Shown: positions 11,011-22,403, numbered from the stretch's first letter. The stretch is 64,000 nt of DNA from Candidatus Bathyarchaeia archaeon (GCA_049516875.1 JBEKSS010000009.1:32001-96000); one strand, 5' to 3'. Numbers and translations: made by a program. The notes: a model not told the origin generated them from the sequence alone.

Positions 11011-11244
11011 ATGGGTATGAATAAGCGGAAAAAGGTTAAACTGCTCGAAGCTCAAGATGCTGAAAGCATACAGCTTCGCTGGAAAATTAGAAGGCAAGTT
11101 CAACAGGAACTCCTGCAAAAGAAGTTAATGCAATGTTTCTCAAGTCCAAGTGAAGGGGATGCATGCATCAAACGATATCCTGAAGCCATGCAACCAATGA
11201 TTAGGGATTTCATGCGAAAAGCAGATGAGCAAACGAGGCTTTAA
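11011..11244 (+). CDS. Small hypothetical protein
   Basis: 77-aa ATG ORF in an intergenic gap, with an AT-rich promoter-like sequence upstream. Confidence 0.5.
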   Translation: MGMNKRKKVKLLEAQDAESIQLRWKIRRQVQQELLQKKLMQCFSSPSEGDACIKRYPEAMQPMIRDFMRKADEQTRL

Positions 11245-11288
11245 AGCACATAGCAAGCGCGACGTTTTCCTTAACCATTTACAAGCTT

Positions 11289-12470
11289 CTATTTCAGGCG
11301 GATTTCAACCCCGTCTCCATCCTGCAGTGTGAATGTTGCGCCGACTTTTTGCGGACTGAACGCGAGACGTTTGGACCACACTCTTGCATACTTAAAGTTT
11401 TCTTTGAAGTCGCTGTGAATGCTCTTAGCCAAGTCGTAGACCGACGAATCCTTCCTTAGGATGAACGGGTTCCTCGAAAAGCCTCTCTCCTTCGGTTCCT
11501 TCGTGTAGACACGCATCAGGTTCAACGCCTTAAACAGAGTCTCACCCAGCTTCTCTAAGCCGATTCTGCGGTAGCACGAGACCGCGAGGATCGGAAGCTT
11601 GCCGCGAACATAGGTTTTGAGCAGCTTCAGGTTCCTCTCAGCACCCTTCACGTCAGCCTTGTTCGCAACAATCACCGCAGGCTTGTAAATCGTGTTCTCA
11701 AACACGGCCTCCTCAACCTCCTCCAACGTGGCGTCTCCCGAGATCCTCACAAACGCGTCCGTGACATGGTAGGTCTTGAGCAGATCTTCAACATCCTTGA
11801 ACGTGCAATCAACCAGTCTTCCGAAAACGACTATCCGCAGGCCCGCACCCATGTACTTCCTCTCTATATCCACCCGCGCACGCGGCTGGCTCACCAATAT
11901 CCGCGCCTTCTCCATCTCCCCCAAAACCAGAGACAACCCATCAACAGGGTTCTGCGACAAATCGACAATGATGATTAGACCGTCAGCGTTCCGGGCTATC
12001 CCCAAGGTTTGCAGTCCCCATGTTCTCCCGTCCGCTGAGCCCTCCATCAACGCCGGGGCCTCAATCAACTGGAACTGAATGTCCTGGTAATTCATTATCC
12101 CGGGCACAGGCACTCTCGTCGTGTACGGGATCGGTGACACTTCAACCTTAGCGTTCGTGACGGCGGCAAGCAAACTGCTCTTTCCCGCCTTCGTCAGGCT
12201 TATGAGGGCTACTTGTGCCGCGCCCTCCTTCTCAATGAAAAACTTCGGCCCACTCCTAGCCGTCGACGCCTTCTTCCTCTTCTTCTCCTCAATCTCCTTC
12301 CGCAAGTTCGTAATCTGCTTCTTAGTCTGAACCACCAATTTCGACGTGCCATGATGCCTCGGGACCAAGCTCAGAAACTCTTCCAGCAGGCGAAGCTTCT
12401 CACGCGGCTCCTTCGTCGCCTCAACCTCTTCCCACTTGTTCTTCGCGTCAGGAGGCAAATTCGTCGGCAT
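11289..12470 (-). CDS. DRG/Obg-family GTPase with TGS domain
   Basis: MPTNLPP N-terminus, KAGKSSLL (G1), PYTT (G2), EAPA (G3 variant), NKAD (G4), RVYTK and C-terminal TGS domain. Confidence 0.92.
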   Translation of the reverse strand: MPTNLPPDAKNKWEEVEATKEPREKLRLLEEFLSLVPRHHGTSKLVVQTKKQITNLRKEIEEKKRKKASTARSGPKFFIEKEGAAQVALISLTKAGKSSLLAAVTNAKVEVSPIPYTTRVPVPGIMNYQDIQFQLIEAPALMEGSADGRTWGLQTLGIARNADGLIIIVDLSQNPVDGLSLVLGEMEKARILVSQPRARVDIERKYMGAGLRIVVFGRLVDCTFKDVEDLLKTYHVTDAFVRISGDATLEEVEEAVFENTIYKPAVIVANKADVKGAERNLKLLKTYVRGKLPILAVSCYRRIGLEKLGETLFKALNLMRVYTKEPKERGFSRNPFILRKDSSVYDLAKSIHSDFKENFKYARVWSKRLAFSPQKVGATFTLQDGDGVEIRLK

Positions 12471-12670
12471 AGCCCGCGCATCCAAACAATAATCTCAAGG
12501 CTCAACGCTAATATCTGTTTCCGAACAGCATGGACTTTACACTTTTTCTCGCTGTCACAAAGGCTTCAAAATGGTATAGACCTCTCGTGCGCTGCACATA
12601 CTACCATCATCAACTTCTTAAGTTGACAATTCCATTATTTGCTTCATTCAAAGGTAGAGGAAAGCGCGGA

Positions 12671-13195
12671 ATGAAAGAGACTGAGTTGAAGCTGGTTTCT
12701 GAGCTTATGAAGAACTGCAGAAGAAGCGATAGGGAACTCGCGAAAGCTATCGGAGTCTCTCAGCCCACCGTCAGCAGGATGATCACGAAATTGGAGAAGG
12801 AGGGTTTTCTCAAAGAATACACTGTCATACCAGACTTTCAGAAGCTTGGATACAGTCTGGTAGCCATAACGCTTGGCAACGTGAAGGAAGAGTTTCGGAA
12901 GCCGGAAATGCTAGACGAGGCGAGAAGAAAATTCGTGGAAAGTTTCGATCATGCGGCTTTTGAGGTAATTCTGGATGAGAGAGGAACGGGAATGGGATAC
13001 GACGGGATCATAGTTTCTTTCCACAGAAGCTACTCGGAATATGCTGACTTTAAAAGATGGATAGCGCAGATGCCCTTCATCAACGCGCGCAGGCTTGACA
13101 GTTTTCTACTGGATCTCACCGACAAAGTGCACCACCGCTATCTCACTTTCTCATATCTGGCCAAGCACTTACTGCAACCTCAAAACAGAGCCTAA
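12671..13195 (+). CDS. Lrp/AsnC-family transcriptional regulator
   Basis: ELMKNCRRSDRELAKAIGVSQPTVSRMITKLEKEG helix-turn-helix and IPDFQKLGY linker. Confidence 0.88.
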   Translation: MKETELKLVSELMKNCRRSDRELAKAIGVSQPTVSRMITKLEKEGFLKEYTVIPDFQKLGYSLVAITLGNVKEEFRKPEMLDEARRKFVESFDHAAFEVILDERGTGMGYDGIIVSFHRSYSEYADFKRWIAQMPFINARRLDSFLLDLTDKVHHRYLTFSYLAKHLLQPQNRA

Positions 13196-13391
13196 AACTA
13201 ATCACGCACGACACAGACCACGCTCCATAACAAAAGAACGTGCGTTTATGCTTGCGCTAGGTTTCTCATGGTCTATTTTGATGGTCAACTTATCATGTCA
13301 ACCTATACAATAGGCGCCCTCGCTGAACATGAATTGCACGTATGGCGGGAAAGGTTTAAGGTTATCCTGATAGTTTTGCTCTAATCTAACA

Positions 13392-14330
13392 GTGAGGAAT
13401 TTGGACTCGAATCTCGTGGGAGAGTCAGCTGCGATTCTCACCTCATGCTTCTGGACGTTCAGCTCTATCCTTTTCACGTCGGCTGGCAGAAGGTTTGGTT
13501 CAATCAGTGTCAATGCGTATCGCACTATAATGGCTATTGGGCTTCTGGCTTGTACGCATGTCGTTTTGCTGGGTACTCTACTGCCTCTTGCAAGCAGCGG
13601 GCAATGGTTCTGGATGGGTTTGAGCGGCATCGTTGGGCTTGGCATTGGTGATTTCGGGTTGTTTGCAGCGTACGTTACCATCGGTCCCCGACGTTCAGTC
13701 CTCATACAGGCCTCAGCCCCAATATTTGCATCATTAGCCGCGTACTTCATGCTGGGAGAGCCGTTGTCGACAGTGGCGGCACTTGGGATAGCAGTCACAT
13801 TGTTAGGCATTATCGTGGTCATACTCGAAAGGGAAGAGACGCCGGAAGAGAAGTCGGAAGAGAGGCTTGCAGCGAAGAAGCGGAAGACTTGGGGGGTGTG
13901 CTTCGGTTTGGTTTCAGCGATGGGTCAAGGGTTCGGCGTTGTTCTCTCCAAGAAGGGAATGTATCTTGGCGTGAGCGTGGCGATGAATCCGCTGTCCGCA
14001 GCGTTGATACGGATGATGCTGGCAGGCGTTTTCGTGTGGACATGTGCTCTCTTCGCAGGAAAACTGCCGGAACTGCACCGGGCTATGAAGGACAAAGAGG
14101 GAATCAAGTACACGGCTGCGGGTGCACTGGTTGGCCCGTTCGTTGGCATGACACTCTCCATGGTCGCTGTAGCCGACACTCAAGCAGGCATCGCGCAGAC
14201 ACTGATGTCCCTGATGCCCGTCCTCATCATCCCAGTGATATGGATAATCTACAGAGAAAGAACCAGCGGGCGCGGCATACTAGGCGCTATCGTTGCCATC
14301 ATCGGAGTTGCCATTCTATTCCTAACCTGA
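13392..14330 (+). CDS. EamA/DMT-family transporter
   Basis: About 10 TM helices in two repeats, with IGD, LGE.LS and YRER signature positions. Confidence 0.88.
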   Translation: MRNLDSNLVGESAAILTSCFWTFSSILFTSAGRRFGSISVNAYRTIMAIGLLACTHVVLLGTLLPLASSGQWFWMGLSGIVGLGIGDFGLFAAYVTIGPRRSVLIQASAPIFASLAAYFMLGEPLSTVAALGIAVTLLGIIVVILEREETPEEKSEERLAAKKRKTWGVCFGLVSAMGQGFGVVLSKKGMYLGVSVAMNPLSAALIRMMLAGVFVWTCALFAGKLPELHRAMKDKEGIKYTAAGALVGPFVGMTLSMVAVADTQAGIAQTLMSLMPVLIIPVIWIIYRERTSGRGILGAIVAIIGVAILFLT

Positions 14331-14643
14331 AACCACAGCACGCGCGGCTTGCCACTCTGATGGCAACTCACTCGTAGAAAGCCTACGAGCAGAAGAACTA
14401 GTGAATCTTGATGTTTGCACCGAGAATTGATGCCATTGTTTTTTGTGGAAGGCCTGGAGCATTTTGATAAGTCATCGTAAACTTTCTCGCTGTGCCCAAT
14501 AAACAGCACTATGACCTGTTTTTCGGCCAGGTCCATTTCGAAGATAGTTCAAACAACGCGGACGTCAAAGACTCTTTAGTCAGTTTTTGTTTACGAAAAG
14601 CCTTTTCTCGCTGTTTCTAACCGTTGTTCACTGGAGGATTGCT

Positions 14644-15622
14644 ATGGCTGGGTTTGAGAAGGAAACAAACTCCACCGTTTTTGCGGCTTTGAAGCATCCG
14701 ATTAGGCGAAAAATACTGCGGGTCCTTTCTGAGGGCTCCCGAAGTTTTACAGACATGCAGAATTCTTTCAACGTTAATAGTCCTGTTCTGACGTATCATC
14801 TTGAAGCCCTGAGAGACCTGATTTCTAGGACTGAAGACGGAAAATACAGACTATCCGCAACGGGCGAAGGTGCCATAGCACTGATGGAAAGAGTGGAAGA
14901 GGCTCCAAAAACAACGTCAAGAACCGTCTCACCAACTAGGCGCAGGCGTGTCCTGAGTCTCTTCCAGTTAACAACCACAATCTTAGCTATAACTTTGCTG
15001 ATAAGCGGATGGTACCTGGCATCTGTCTCAGAAATACGGACTTCCTACAGTCTGCCATACGAATCTTTTTCACGCAGAACTCCCCCAACAATCAACGGAG
15101 TAATCTACGACACCTGCATCACCACCCTCGTCCCTCCCACAGAAGAACTGGTCACCAACGGGTCACCCTCATTTCTGTAAGAATCAAACACATTGAAAAA
15201 GTTTCACAAGGAATCTGCAACATCAGCCTAAGATACACAGAATACTCACACATGGAAGACAGATACGTTCCCAAAGAACAAAATTACACAGCAGGACAGT
15301 TTCTGCCCTCAGAAACCAGCGATGGACTCATCTTCTCAGGCTTCATATCATTACCAGCAACCATAGGACTGGAAAAAGCGAACAACCCTTACCCAAGGAC
15401 ATCGTAATCTCGGTGCTCACTAACACATCCGACCCCAACCCGGCGTTGCTGCTAAGCGTTGAAGCACCCATATACGGCTCGCACGCGGAAACACAGCCTT
15501 ACAGAAACCAAGGCTTCCTATGCATCTCCACAGGCACCATGATTCTCACTGCAACGCTCACATCATCAGTCCTCCTCACGATAGACGAACACAGACACCA
15601 CAGCACACACGACCGTTCCTAA
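14644..15622 (+). CDS. Membrane-tethered ArsR-like winged-helix regulator (two apparent frameshifts near 15160 and 15390)
   Basis: FAALKHPIRRKILRVL...LTYHLEAL...GKYRLS wHTH, a TM helix, then an extracytoplasmic domain and second TM encoded in successive overlapping frames (15009-15407, 15413-15622). Confidence 0.7.
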
Positions 15623-15781
15623 ACCCGTTCGTCGAGGCAGCCTGCGCCCCTGGCTCCACCCAGTCCACGGACATCGGCGTCTCCTGAGAAACCCCAAGCA
15701 CCCTCCTCAGAGCGTTACCCAACCCCATCACACTTGAAAAAACAAACCCAAGAACAACAACACACCCGCCACACCGCACGT

Positions 15782-15828
15782 CCGTTTGAGTCTCAATAAA
15801 ATCACGGATTGAGTACTCAAACACAAGG
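15782..15828 (+). repeat. Left copy of the inverted repeat flanking EF-1alpha
   Basis: CCGTTTGAGTCTCAATAAAATCACGGATTGAGTACTCAAACACAAGG matches the reverse complement of 17467-17515, with a 30-bp perfect core. Confidence 0.9.
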
Positions 15829-15964
15829 ACCCAAACCCCAACACCACCAATCCACCCCATTGAACAAGGAAACGCACACGCAAAGCGCATGCCAACGACA
15901 GAAGCTCAGCTCAACTTACAACAGAATTGCACGGGGTAGCTACGAAAAAAGGGAGAAAATGAAG

Positions 15965-17269
15965 CTATGGCCCTTTCTTAGTTATCTCCTTTATGATGCC
16001 TGCGGCCACGGTTGTGCCCATGTCTCTGACGGCGAAGCGGCCCAGCTCCTCAAACTCCGCGAAGGTTTCGACGGCAATCGGGTGCAGAGGCTCCATCCGC
16101 ACGACGGCAGCGTCTCCAGTCTTCAGGAAAGTCGGTTTTTCCTCAGTGACCTGTCCCGAGCGCGGATCAAGTTTTCGTATCAGCTCCGTGAACCGGCACG
16201 CCACCTGTCCGGTGTGGTAGTGCAGGACGGGCGTGTAGCCGGCTGCAACGGCTGTGGGGTGGTAGATGACGATGATTTGTCCGATGAACTCTTTGGCAAC
16301 CGTCGGCGGGTTGTTGACGTGTCCGGCGACGTCTCCGCGGTGGATGTCGGTTTTGGCTACGCCGCGTATGTTGAAGCCTATGTTGTCGCCCGGTTCAGCC
16401 TTCGGAATGCGTTCATGATGCATCTCCAGTGATTTGACCTCGCCCTGCTTGTTGGTCGGCATGAAAATGACCACGTCGTTCTCTTTGATGACGCCGGTTT
16501 CCACTCTGCCGACGGGGACGGTGCCCACGCCTGTTATGCTGTAAACGTCCTGGATCGGAACGCGCAAGGGTTTGCCCGTGGGTTTGGGAGGCACTTCGAA
16601 CGTGTCCAGAGCTTCAATCAGGGTTGGACCCTTGTACCATGGCATGTGTTCGCTGGGTTTGACGAGGTTGTCGCCGGTCCAGCCGCTTGTGGGTACGAAC
16701 GGAATTTTTTCAAGTTTGAAGCCCACCATCTTGAGCATTCGACCAACTTCGTTCTTGATTTCGTTGTACCGTTCTTCACTCCAGTTCACCGAAACATCGT
16801 CCATCTTGTTGACGGCTACGATGACCTGGCGGACGCCCAGTGTGAAAGCTAGGAACGCGTGTTCACGTGTTTGGCCGCCGGGGCCGATGCCAGCTTCGAA
16901 CTCTCCTCTCCTGCTGGAGCAGAAGAGTATGGCGCCGTCGGCTTGGCTTGCCCCTGTGATCATGTTTTTGACGAAGTCTCTGTGTCCGGGTGCGTCTATG
17001 ACGGTGAAGTAGAACTTCTTGGTCTCGAACTTTAGGAATCTGAGGTCGATGGTGACGCCTCTTTCGCGTTCTTCTTTGAGGTTGTCGAGGACCCATGCGA
17101 ACTTGAAGCTTTCTTTTCCGGCTTTCTTGGCTTCTTCCTCGAAGGTTTTGATTGTTCTTTCGTCGACGGCTCCTGCGAGGTAGAGCAGGTGGCCTGTGGT
17201 GGTTGATTTGCCGTGGTCTACGTGTCCCATGATGACTAGGTTCAGGTGTGGCTTAGCTGCTTTGCTCAC
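15965..17269 (-). CDS. tuf: Archaeal translation elongation factor EF-1alpha
   Basis: [51 protein letters not shown]. Confidence 0.98.
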   Translation of the reverse strand: MSKAAKPHLNLVIMGHVDHGKSTTTGHLLYLAGAVDERTIKTFEEEAKKAGKESFKFAWVLDNLKEERERGVTIDLRFLKFETKKFYFTVIDAPGHRDFVKNMITGASQADGAILFCSSRRGEFEAGIGPGGQTREHAFLAFTLGVRQVIVAVNKMDDVSVNWSEERYNEIKNEVGRMLKMVGFKLEKIPFVPTSGWTGDNLVKPSEHMPWYKGPTLIEALDTFEVPPKPTGKPLRVPIQDVYSITGVGTVPVGRVETGVIKENDVVIFMPTNKQGEVKSLEMHHERIPKAEPGDNIGFNIRGVAKTDIHRGDVAGHVNNPPTVAKEFIGQIIVIYHPTAVAAGYTPVLHYHTGQVACRFTELIRKLDPRSGQVTEEKPTFLKTGDAAVVRMEPLHPIAVETFAEFEELGRFAVRDMGTTVAAGIIKEITKKGP

Positions 17270-17466
17270 TTTCTTTTTTTCCTCCTGTTCTTCAAGTATT
17301 TCCTCTAAATTTTAGTGAATTCGTTTATTCAACTGTTTAAAGGGTTATTTTAAGTTTATGATGTTGACTCTGCGCTTGTGACACGGGTGTAACGCGTTTG
17401 CGGGGCGCTTGTTCGGGGCCTGTGGGAGTCTTTGGGATCTTGCGGAGTTCGTGTTGGCGTGTGAGC

Positions 17467-17515
17467 CCTTGTGTTTGAGTACTCAATCCGTGATTTCTTT
17501 TTGAGGCTCAAACGG
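17467..17515 (-). repeat. Right copy of the inverted repeat flanking EF-1alpha
   Basis: Reverse complement is CCGTTTGAGCCTCAAAAAGAAATCACGGATTGAGTACTCAAACACAAGG. Confidence 0.9.
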
Positions 17516-17627
17516 TTGTTGTGACGTTTTTGGGAATTCAGATGGGGGATTCATAAGCGATTAATATTGTTGTGCGGGGAATTAGTACGGTCATCGTGGC
17601 GTTGGATGTTGCGTAGGGGTCGGTTGG

Positions 17628-19649
17628 TTGCGTGTAGGTGAGAATCAGGGTCCTTGTGAGTCTTGCGCACGGGCGAAGGCTGGGAGCGGGAGGAAGGGGC
17701 GGAAGAAGTGCGTCTCGTCTGGCGTTGGCTCGTGTGGGGAGGTTGGGGCTGAGCGGAGGCATTATGAGGAGAGGCTTTCCGCTTTGAATTCTTGCGGTTG
17801 GAGGTTGAGTGCGGCCAAGAGGCTGGATGAGGTTTATGAGTTGACGTTGGATGCTATGGAGCGTACTCTGGGTTTCGAGCATGCTTCTTTTGTGACGGTG
17901 GACGGTGACAGGCTCAGGTTTGTTTCTCAGCGCGGGTACACTACACGTCTCGGTTATGAGTTGCCTCTGGACGGGACGAAAGGTGGAATAACGGTGAGGG
18001 CGGTGCAGATGCGCAAGTCCGTCCTCGTGCCCGACGTCACGAAGGACAAGGCTTATCACAGAGGTAATCCTGCGGCGCCGCCAGCGCGTTCGGAGCTCGT
18101 GGTTCCCGTCATTGCTGAAGGCGAAGTGCTGGGTGTTCTGAACGTGGAGAGTGAAGAGCTGAACAGGTTTGACGAGGAGGATGTGATGCTGCTTGAGATT
18201 CTGGCTTCGCACGCCGCGACGGCTATCAACAATCTGAAGCGGCGGGATGATATTCAGAAGCGCATTGATCAGCAGGCGTCCTTGATGAAGAGCTCTGCTG
18301 AGATGATTCACTCGGTTGATTTGCATCAGCGTCTTCAGGCGATTCTGGATGCTATCAGAGGCTTGGGGTGGGGAAGAGTTGTGCTTTCGCTGACGGATGA
18401 AAACTTTGACATGGCGAAGCCCGAAGACATCGTGGGCTCAGGCTTGACGGAAGAGGAGAGGCTTTACCTGTGGAAACACCGGAAACCCGGCAGTGCCTGG
18501 AAGGAACGTTTTGGGCCGCAGTTTGAACGTTTCAAAATCGGCGAGTTCTACTATCTGCCTTGGAGCAACAGTTTTGTCAGGGAAAGGTTCAGCCACGGCG
18601 TCGTACTGAGCCATTTGTCACAGGAGCAGATGTTGGATTGGGACCCGAACGATCTGCTTTTGGCTCCGCTGCGACTGGCTGACGGGCGAAATGTGGGCAT
18701 AGTAAGCATCGACGACCCGGCGGACGGGAAAAGGCCAACCAAAGAGTCGTTGGCGGCGTTGGAACTGTTCTTGTATCAGGCTGCGGTGGCCATAGAAAAC
18801 GGTAGGCTTATTCAGCAGCTCAACCAAGCAAAGGACCAGATTCAAGGGTACGCGGAACAGCTTGAGGTGAAAGTGAAAGATAGGACCAGAGAGCTGGTTG
18901 AGGCTCAAAACCAGCTGCTGAAGGCGCAGAGACTTGCTGCCATAGGTGAGCTGGCGGGAATGGTTGGGCATGACCTGCGAAACCCGTTAACGGGCATAGC
19001 AGGGGCTGCGTACTATTTGAAGACAAAACTGGGCCAGAAGTTGGACAAAAGAGAAAGAGAGATGCTTGAGACCGTCGAAAAGGCTATCGGGTACTCGAAC
19101 AAGATCATCAACGACCTCCTCGAGTACTCAAGAGAGATAAGGCTGGAACTGTCAGAAGCAGAGCCGAAATCGCTTTTGAAAGAGGCGTTGTCACTGATTG
19201 AGGTTCCACAGAAGATTCACGTGCTGAACCGGACCCGAGGGGACCCACGGGTCAAGGTTGACAAGGAAAAGATCCGAAGAGTGTTCGTGAACCTAATCAA
19301 AAACGCGTTCGACGCTATGCCCGACGGCGGAAAACTGACGGTGAAAAGCGAGAAAGACGGGGAAAACGTTGCATTCACCTTTTCTGACACGGGCACAGGC
19401 ATGTCGAAAGAGGTAATGACCAAGCTCTGGTCACCGCTTTTCACAACAAAGGCAAGAGGCATGGGTTTCGGGCTGTCAATCTGCAAACGCATAGTGGAGG
19501 CGCATGCAGGCAAAATCTCAGTGGAAAGTGTTGCGGGCAAAGGCTCCACTATCACGGTGACTCTTCCAACAGAACCGAAAACTTTAGACGAGCAACAAAC
19601 AGTCTGGGTGAACATGCCAGAACGTCTGCAATCCACAGTAAGAACATAA
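17628..19649 (+). CDS. Cytoplasmic GAF-domain sensor histidine kinase
   Basis: Two GAF-like domains (RSELVVP...GVLNVES), H-box GHDLRNPL, N-box NLIKNAFDAM, DTGTG, FTTK, GMGFGLSI. Start codon uncertain. Confidence 0.92.
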   Translation: MRVGENQGPCESCARAKAGSGRKGRKKCVSSGVGSCGEVGAERRHYEERLSALNSCGWRLSAAKRLDEVYELTLDAMERTLGFEHASFVTVDGDRLRFVSQRGYTTRLGYELPLDGTKGGITVRAVQMRKSVLVPDVTKDKAYHRGNPAAPPARSELVVPVIAEGEVLGVLNVESEELNRFDEEDVMLLEILASHAATAINNLKRRDDIQKRIDQQASLMKSSAEMIHSVDLHQRLQAILDAIRGLGWGRVVLSLTDENFDMAKPEDIVGSGLTEEERLYLWKHRKPGSAWKERFGPQFERFKIGEFYYLPWSNSFVRERFSHGVVLSHLSQEQMLDWDPNDLLLAPLRLADGRNVGIVSIDDPADGKRPTKESLAALELFLYQAAVAIENGRLIQQLNQAKDQIQGYAEQLEVKVKDRTRELVEAQNQLLKAQRLAAIGELAGMVGHDLRNPLTGIAGAAYYLKTKLGQKLDKREREMLETVEKAIGYSNKIINDLLEYSREIRLELSEAEPKSLLKEALSLIEVPQKIHVLNRTRGDPRVKVDKEKIRRVFVNLIKNAFDAMPDGGKLTVKSEKDGENVAFTFSDTGTGMSKEVMTKLWSPLFTTKARGMGFGLSICKRIVEAHAGKISVESVAGKGSTITVTLPTEPKTLDEQQTVWVNMPERLQSTVRT

Positions 19650-19954
19650 GAAAAGCATAGCAGTAATCGTTTACAAGGTGGCTTGTCCCTCTGGCTTTGC
19701 TTAGTCTGTGGACGATGATGTGGCTCAGGATGCGAGGGCATCTTTCTGGAGAGCGCGACTCAAGCCTACTACGGTTGAAAAAAGGGAATTTGGGAGCACA
19801 CATGCCATTGAAGGTTCTGTGGTTTTCAGCATGTGTGTGCGCAGATGCCTACCCGCCGGGTTCGATGTATGATCCAGATATGATTTGACAAAAAGGCGCA
19901 GGTCCCCGTGGAGGATTGGCTGGGTGGAATGCTTCGCGGTAATAGGGCAAGGTC

Positions 19955-20965
19955 TTAACAGCTGGGTTTTGTGTTTGTTCTTACTATGTCGTTCAGCACT
20001 GCGTAGGCTGTCTGTTTTGGGCCTAGGAACTGTGCTGAGACGAAGATTTCTTTCGAGGTTTTGAAAGTGTATTTTATGGCCATGTTTCCTTGGTTCACTG
20101 TGGCCAATGCGTCGTCTAGGGGGATAGTTTTTGGGGAAACGTTCATCTCAAGTTTGTCTTTGTTTCTTGTGATTTCGCAGATGAGTTTGACTTTTTTGTT
20201 CTCTTTGCGTGCTTCTTTCATGGTTGTTTCGACGTGTCTGATTCCTTCGATTTTGACGTCCTTGAGCCTTGCATCCTCTCCGAAAAGCGCGTTCGCCATA
20301 ATCACCAGTTTTCTTGCCGCGTCTACTCCGTCGACATCGTCAGAATAGTTTGTCTCAGCCCATCCTGCCTTTACTGCTTCGTCGATGGCTTCTTGGAAGC
20401 CTTTGCCTTTCTCCATCTCTCCGATGACGAAGTTTGTCGTGGCGTTGAGTATTCCCCTGACGCTTTGAAGCTCATCGGCTTTGAAACACGATTCTAATAG
20501 ACAGAACACTGGAACGTGCGCGCCGACCGTTGCTTCGTAAGACAGCTTGACACCGTTTTCCTTAGCTATCCTCATGAGCTCCTTGTAAGCAACAACTAGC
20601 GGGCCTTTGTTTGACGTGACAACATTCTTCTTCGCGGCCAACGCGACCCTTATGTTTGAAAGCCCAGGCTCGCCACTCGACGTGGACGGTGTCAACTCTA
20701 CTATCGTGTCGCTTTCAATTCTTCTTATAGCATCTAACGCGCTGCAGCCTTCCACGTATTTTCCAAAGCCTTTCCAGCCGAGCATTTTATACTTGAGAAC
20801 TTCGGATGGGCCGAGACCTCTTTTGTCGACGGCAGTTCCTTTTGAATCAGAAATAGAAACTATACGCGGGTCGAATCCCTGTAATTTTAGCAGTTTCTTC
20901 TTTTCGTCAATGAGCTGGATTAGGTTTTGTCCCACGTGACCTAGGCCTATTAGTTGAATCCTCAT
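19955..20965 (-). CDS. hom: Homoserine dehydrogenase
   Basis: IGLGHVG Rossmann motif, VVTSNKGP, YEATVGA, GILNATTNF, AE...DDVDGVDAARKL. Confidence 0.9.
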   Translation of the reverse strand: MRIQLIGLGHVGQNLIQLIDEKKKLLKLQGFDPRIVSISDSKGTAVDKRGLGPSEVLKYKMLGWKGFGKYVEGCSALDAIRRIESDTIVELTPSTSSGEPGLSNIRVALAAKKNVVTSNKGPLVVAYKELMRIAKENGVKLSYEATVGAHVPVFCLLESCFKADELQSVRGILNATTNFVIGEMEKGKGFQEAIDEAVKAGWAETNYSDDVDGVDAARKLVIMANALFGEDARLKDVKIEGIRHVETTMKEARKENKKVKLICEITRNKDKLEMNVSPKTIPLDDALATVNQGNMAIKYTFKTSKEIFVSAQFLGPKQTAYAVLNDIVRTNTKPSC

Positions 20966-21114
20966 GCAGGCACCATTGTTTCTGTACATATTTTAGGTTT
21001 GGCAAAAAAGCCAGCAAATTCCTTGGGCAAGTGCTGCTATCGTCTCGAATACCGTGAGGTAGAAGGGAAATAACAATAAGAAGCTGGGCTGAATAGTCCA
21101 GTGCGGGGATAAGA

Positions 21115-21456
21115 TTGGAGCAAAATAGGGAGCAAACGGGTGTTGCAAAGGCACAGACTTCAAGGTTGGTTGATTTGGCAGACTATCAAGAAGGTTCTGT
21201 GGTAAGTCGAACGATAATTGATAGAAAAACTGGAACCGTGACCTTTTTCGCTTTTGATGAGGGACAGGGACTGAGTGAACATACGGCGCCGTATGATGCC
21301 TTGGTTTACCTTCTTGATGGAGAAGCAGAGATTGTCATCTCAGGTAGGGCAATGCGTGTGAAAATGGGCGAAATGGTTGTCATTCCAGCCAAGAAGCCAC
21401 ATGCTCTGAGGGCAGTGAAGAAATTCAAAATGATGTTGACGATGATTCGATCTTGA
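21115..21456 (+). CDS. Cupin-domain protein
   Basis: FAFDEGQGLSEHTAPYDA...GE...PHAL cupin motifs. Confidence 0.9.
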   Translation: MEQNREQTGVAKAQTSRLVDLADYQEGSVVSRTIIDRKTGTVTFFAFDEGQGLSEHTAPYDALVYLLDGEAEIVISGRAMRVKMGEMVVIPAKKPHALRAVKKFKMMLTMIRS

Positions 21457-21547
21457 TGCGTCTGTTTGAGCATGGATCAGTATACGCGTGCGTTTTGAGT
21501 TCAGAAAAGTCTGATTTTGCCGAGACATTATTGAAACAAGATGAACC

Positions 21548-22251
21548 ATGAAAAGCGAAGCTGAACCTATCAATTGTCCTTTTTGCGGTGCTCCTTACAC
21601 AGACGTTATCGCAGCCGATGTTGTTCAGGTGAAATGCAAGTATTGTGGAGGAATGTTTCAGGTTCCCCAAACCATCGGAGCCGAGCTTTCCAGATGTCTC
21701 AACCATCCTGAGAAAGTTGCTGTTGGAATATGCAATAACTGTGGGCAAAGCTTCTGCGGGAGCTGTCTTCATGCCCATCGCCTTGCAACGCGCGATACGA
21801 GTGCTACCTTGTATTCGTGTCCAGACTGTCTCAAAGCCATGCACGACAAGAAGGTTCAAGGGTACATCTACGCTGGAGCTCTCACGTTGCTCATGGGCGC
21901 GCTCTTTACAATTGTCGTGCCCGTGCCCGGAGTGATACTCTTGGTGTTTGGGCTCGTTTCGATATTCTACGGTTTCTCAGGCAAGTCGGGAGCAATTGAA
22001 GGGAAGACGATTGACGAGTTGAAGGCTGAGCAGGAGAAAAGGAAGGCTGAGGCTGCTGAGTACGATGGGGTTGACTTTGAGGCGATGTATGACGAGCTCG
22101 TGACCAGATACGTGAAGCATTGGGAGCATCGGAAGGGCTTCAGGTTCTTGATGAAGAAATCAATGCCTATGTGAGACATGGGCAGAGTTTTCCCGAGGCC
22201 GTTATAGCAGTCTACCGAAGGCAGGAAAAAAGTCGGCGCGCGCCTGCCTAA
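21548..22251 (+). CDS. Zinc-ribbon/B-box membrane protein (frameshift near 22122)
   Basis: CPFC, CKYC, CLNH...CNNC...CGSC, CPDC and two TM helices. Adding one G at TTGGGAGC extends the frame (GASEGLQVLDEEINAY...) to TAA at 22251. Confidence 0.7.
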
Positions 22252-22403
22252 CCACATGATTGGACGCTATGCTCGCTAGAACACAAAATGTTCACACCAA
22301 TGCAGGTTGTTTACTCTCCTAGGATTAAGTATATTATTACTTTCGCATAATAGTCACTACTGCTTCAATGCCGCAAATGTGAAAACTAAGTCGAGAGACG
22401 TGA

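Noticed and set aside
17628-19649. Novel two-component system
   Set aside because: Ordinary GAF-HisKA-HATPase kinase. Lack of an adjacent response regulator is common in archaea.
19840-19945. Possible tRNA or other RNA gene (GGTTCGA-like motif)
   Set aside because: No cloverleaf or acceptor stem could be formed.
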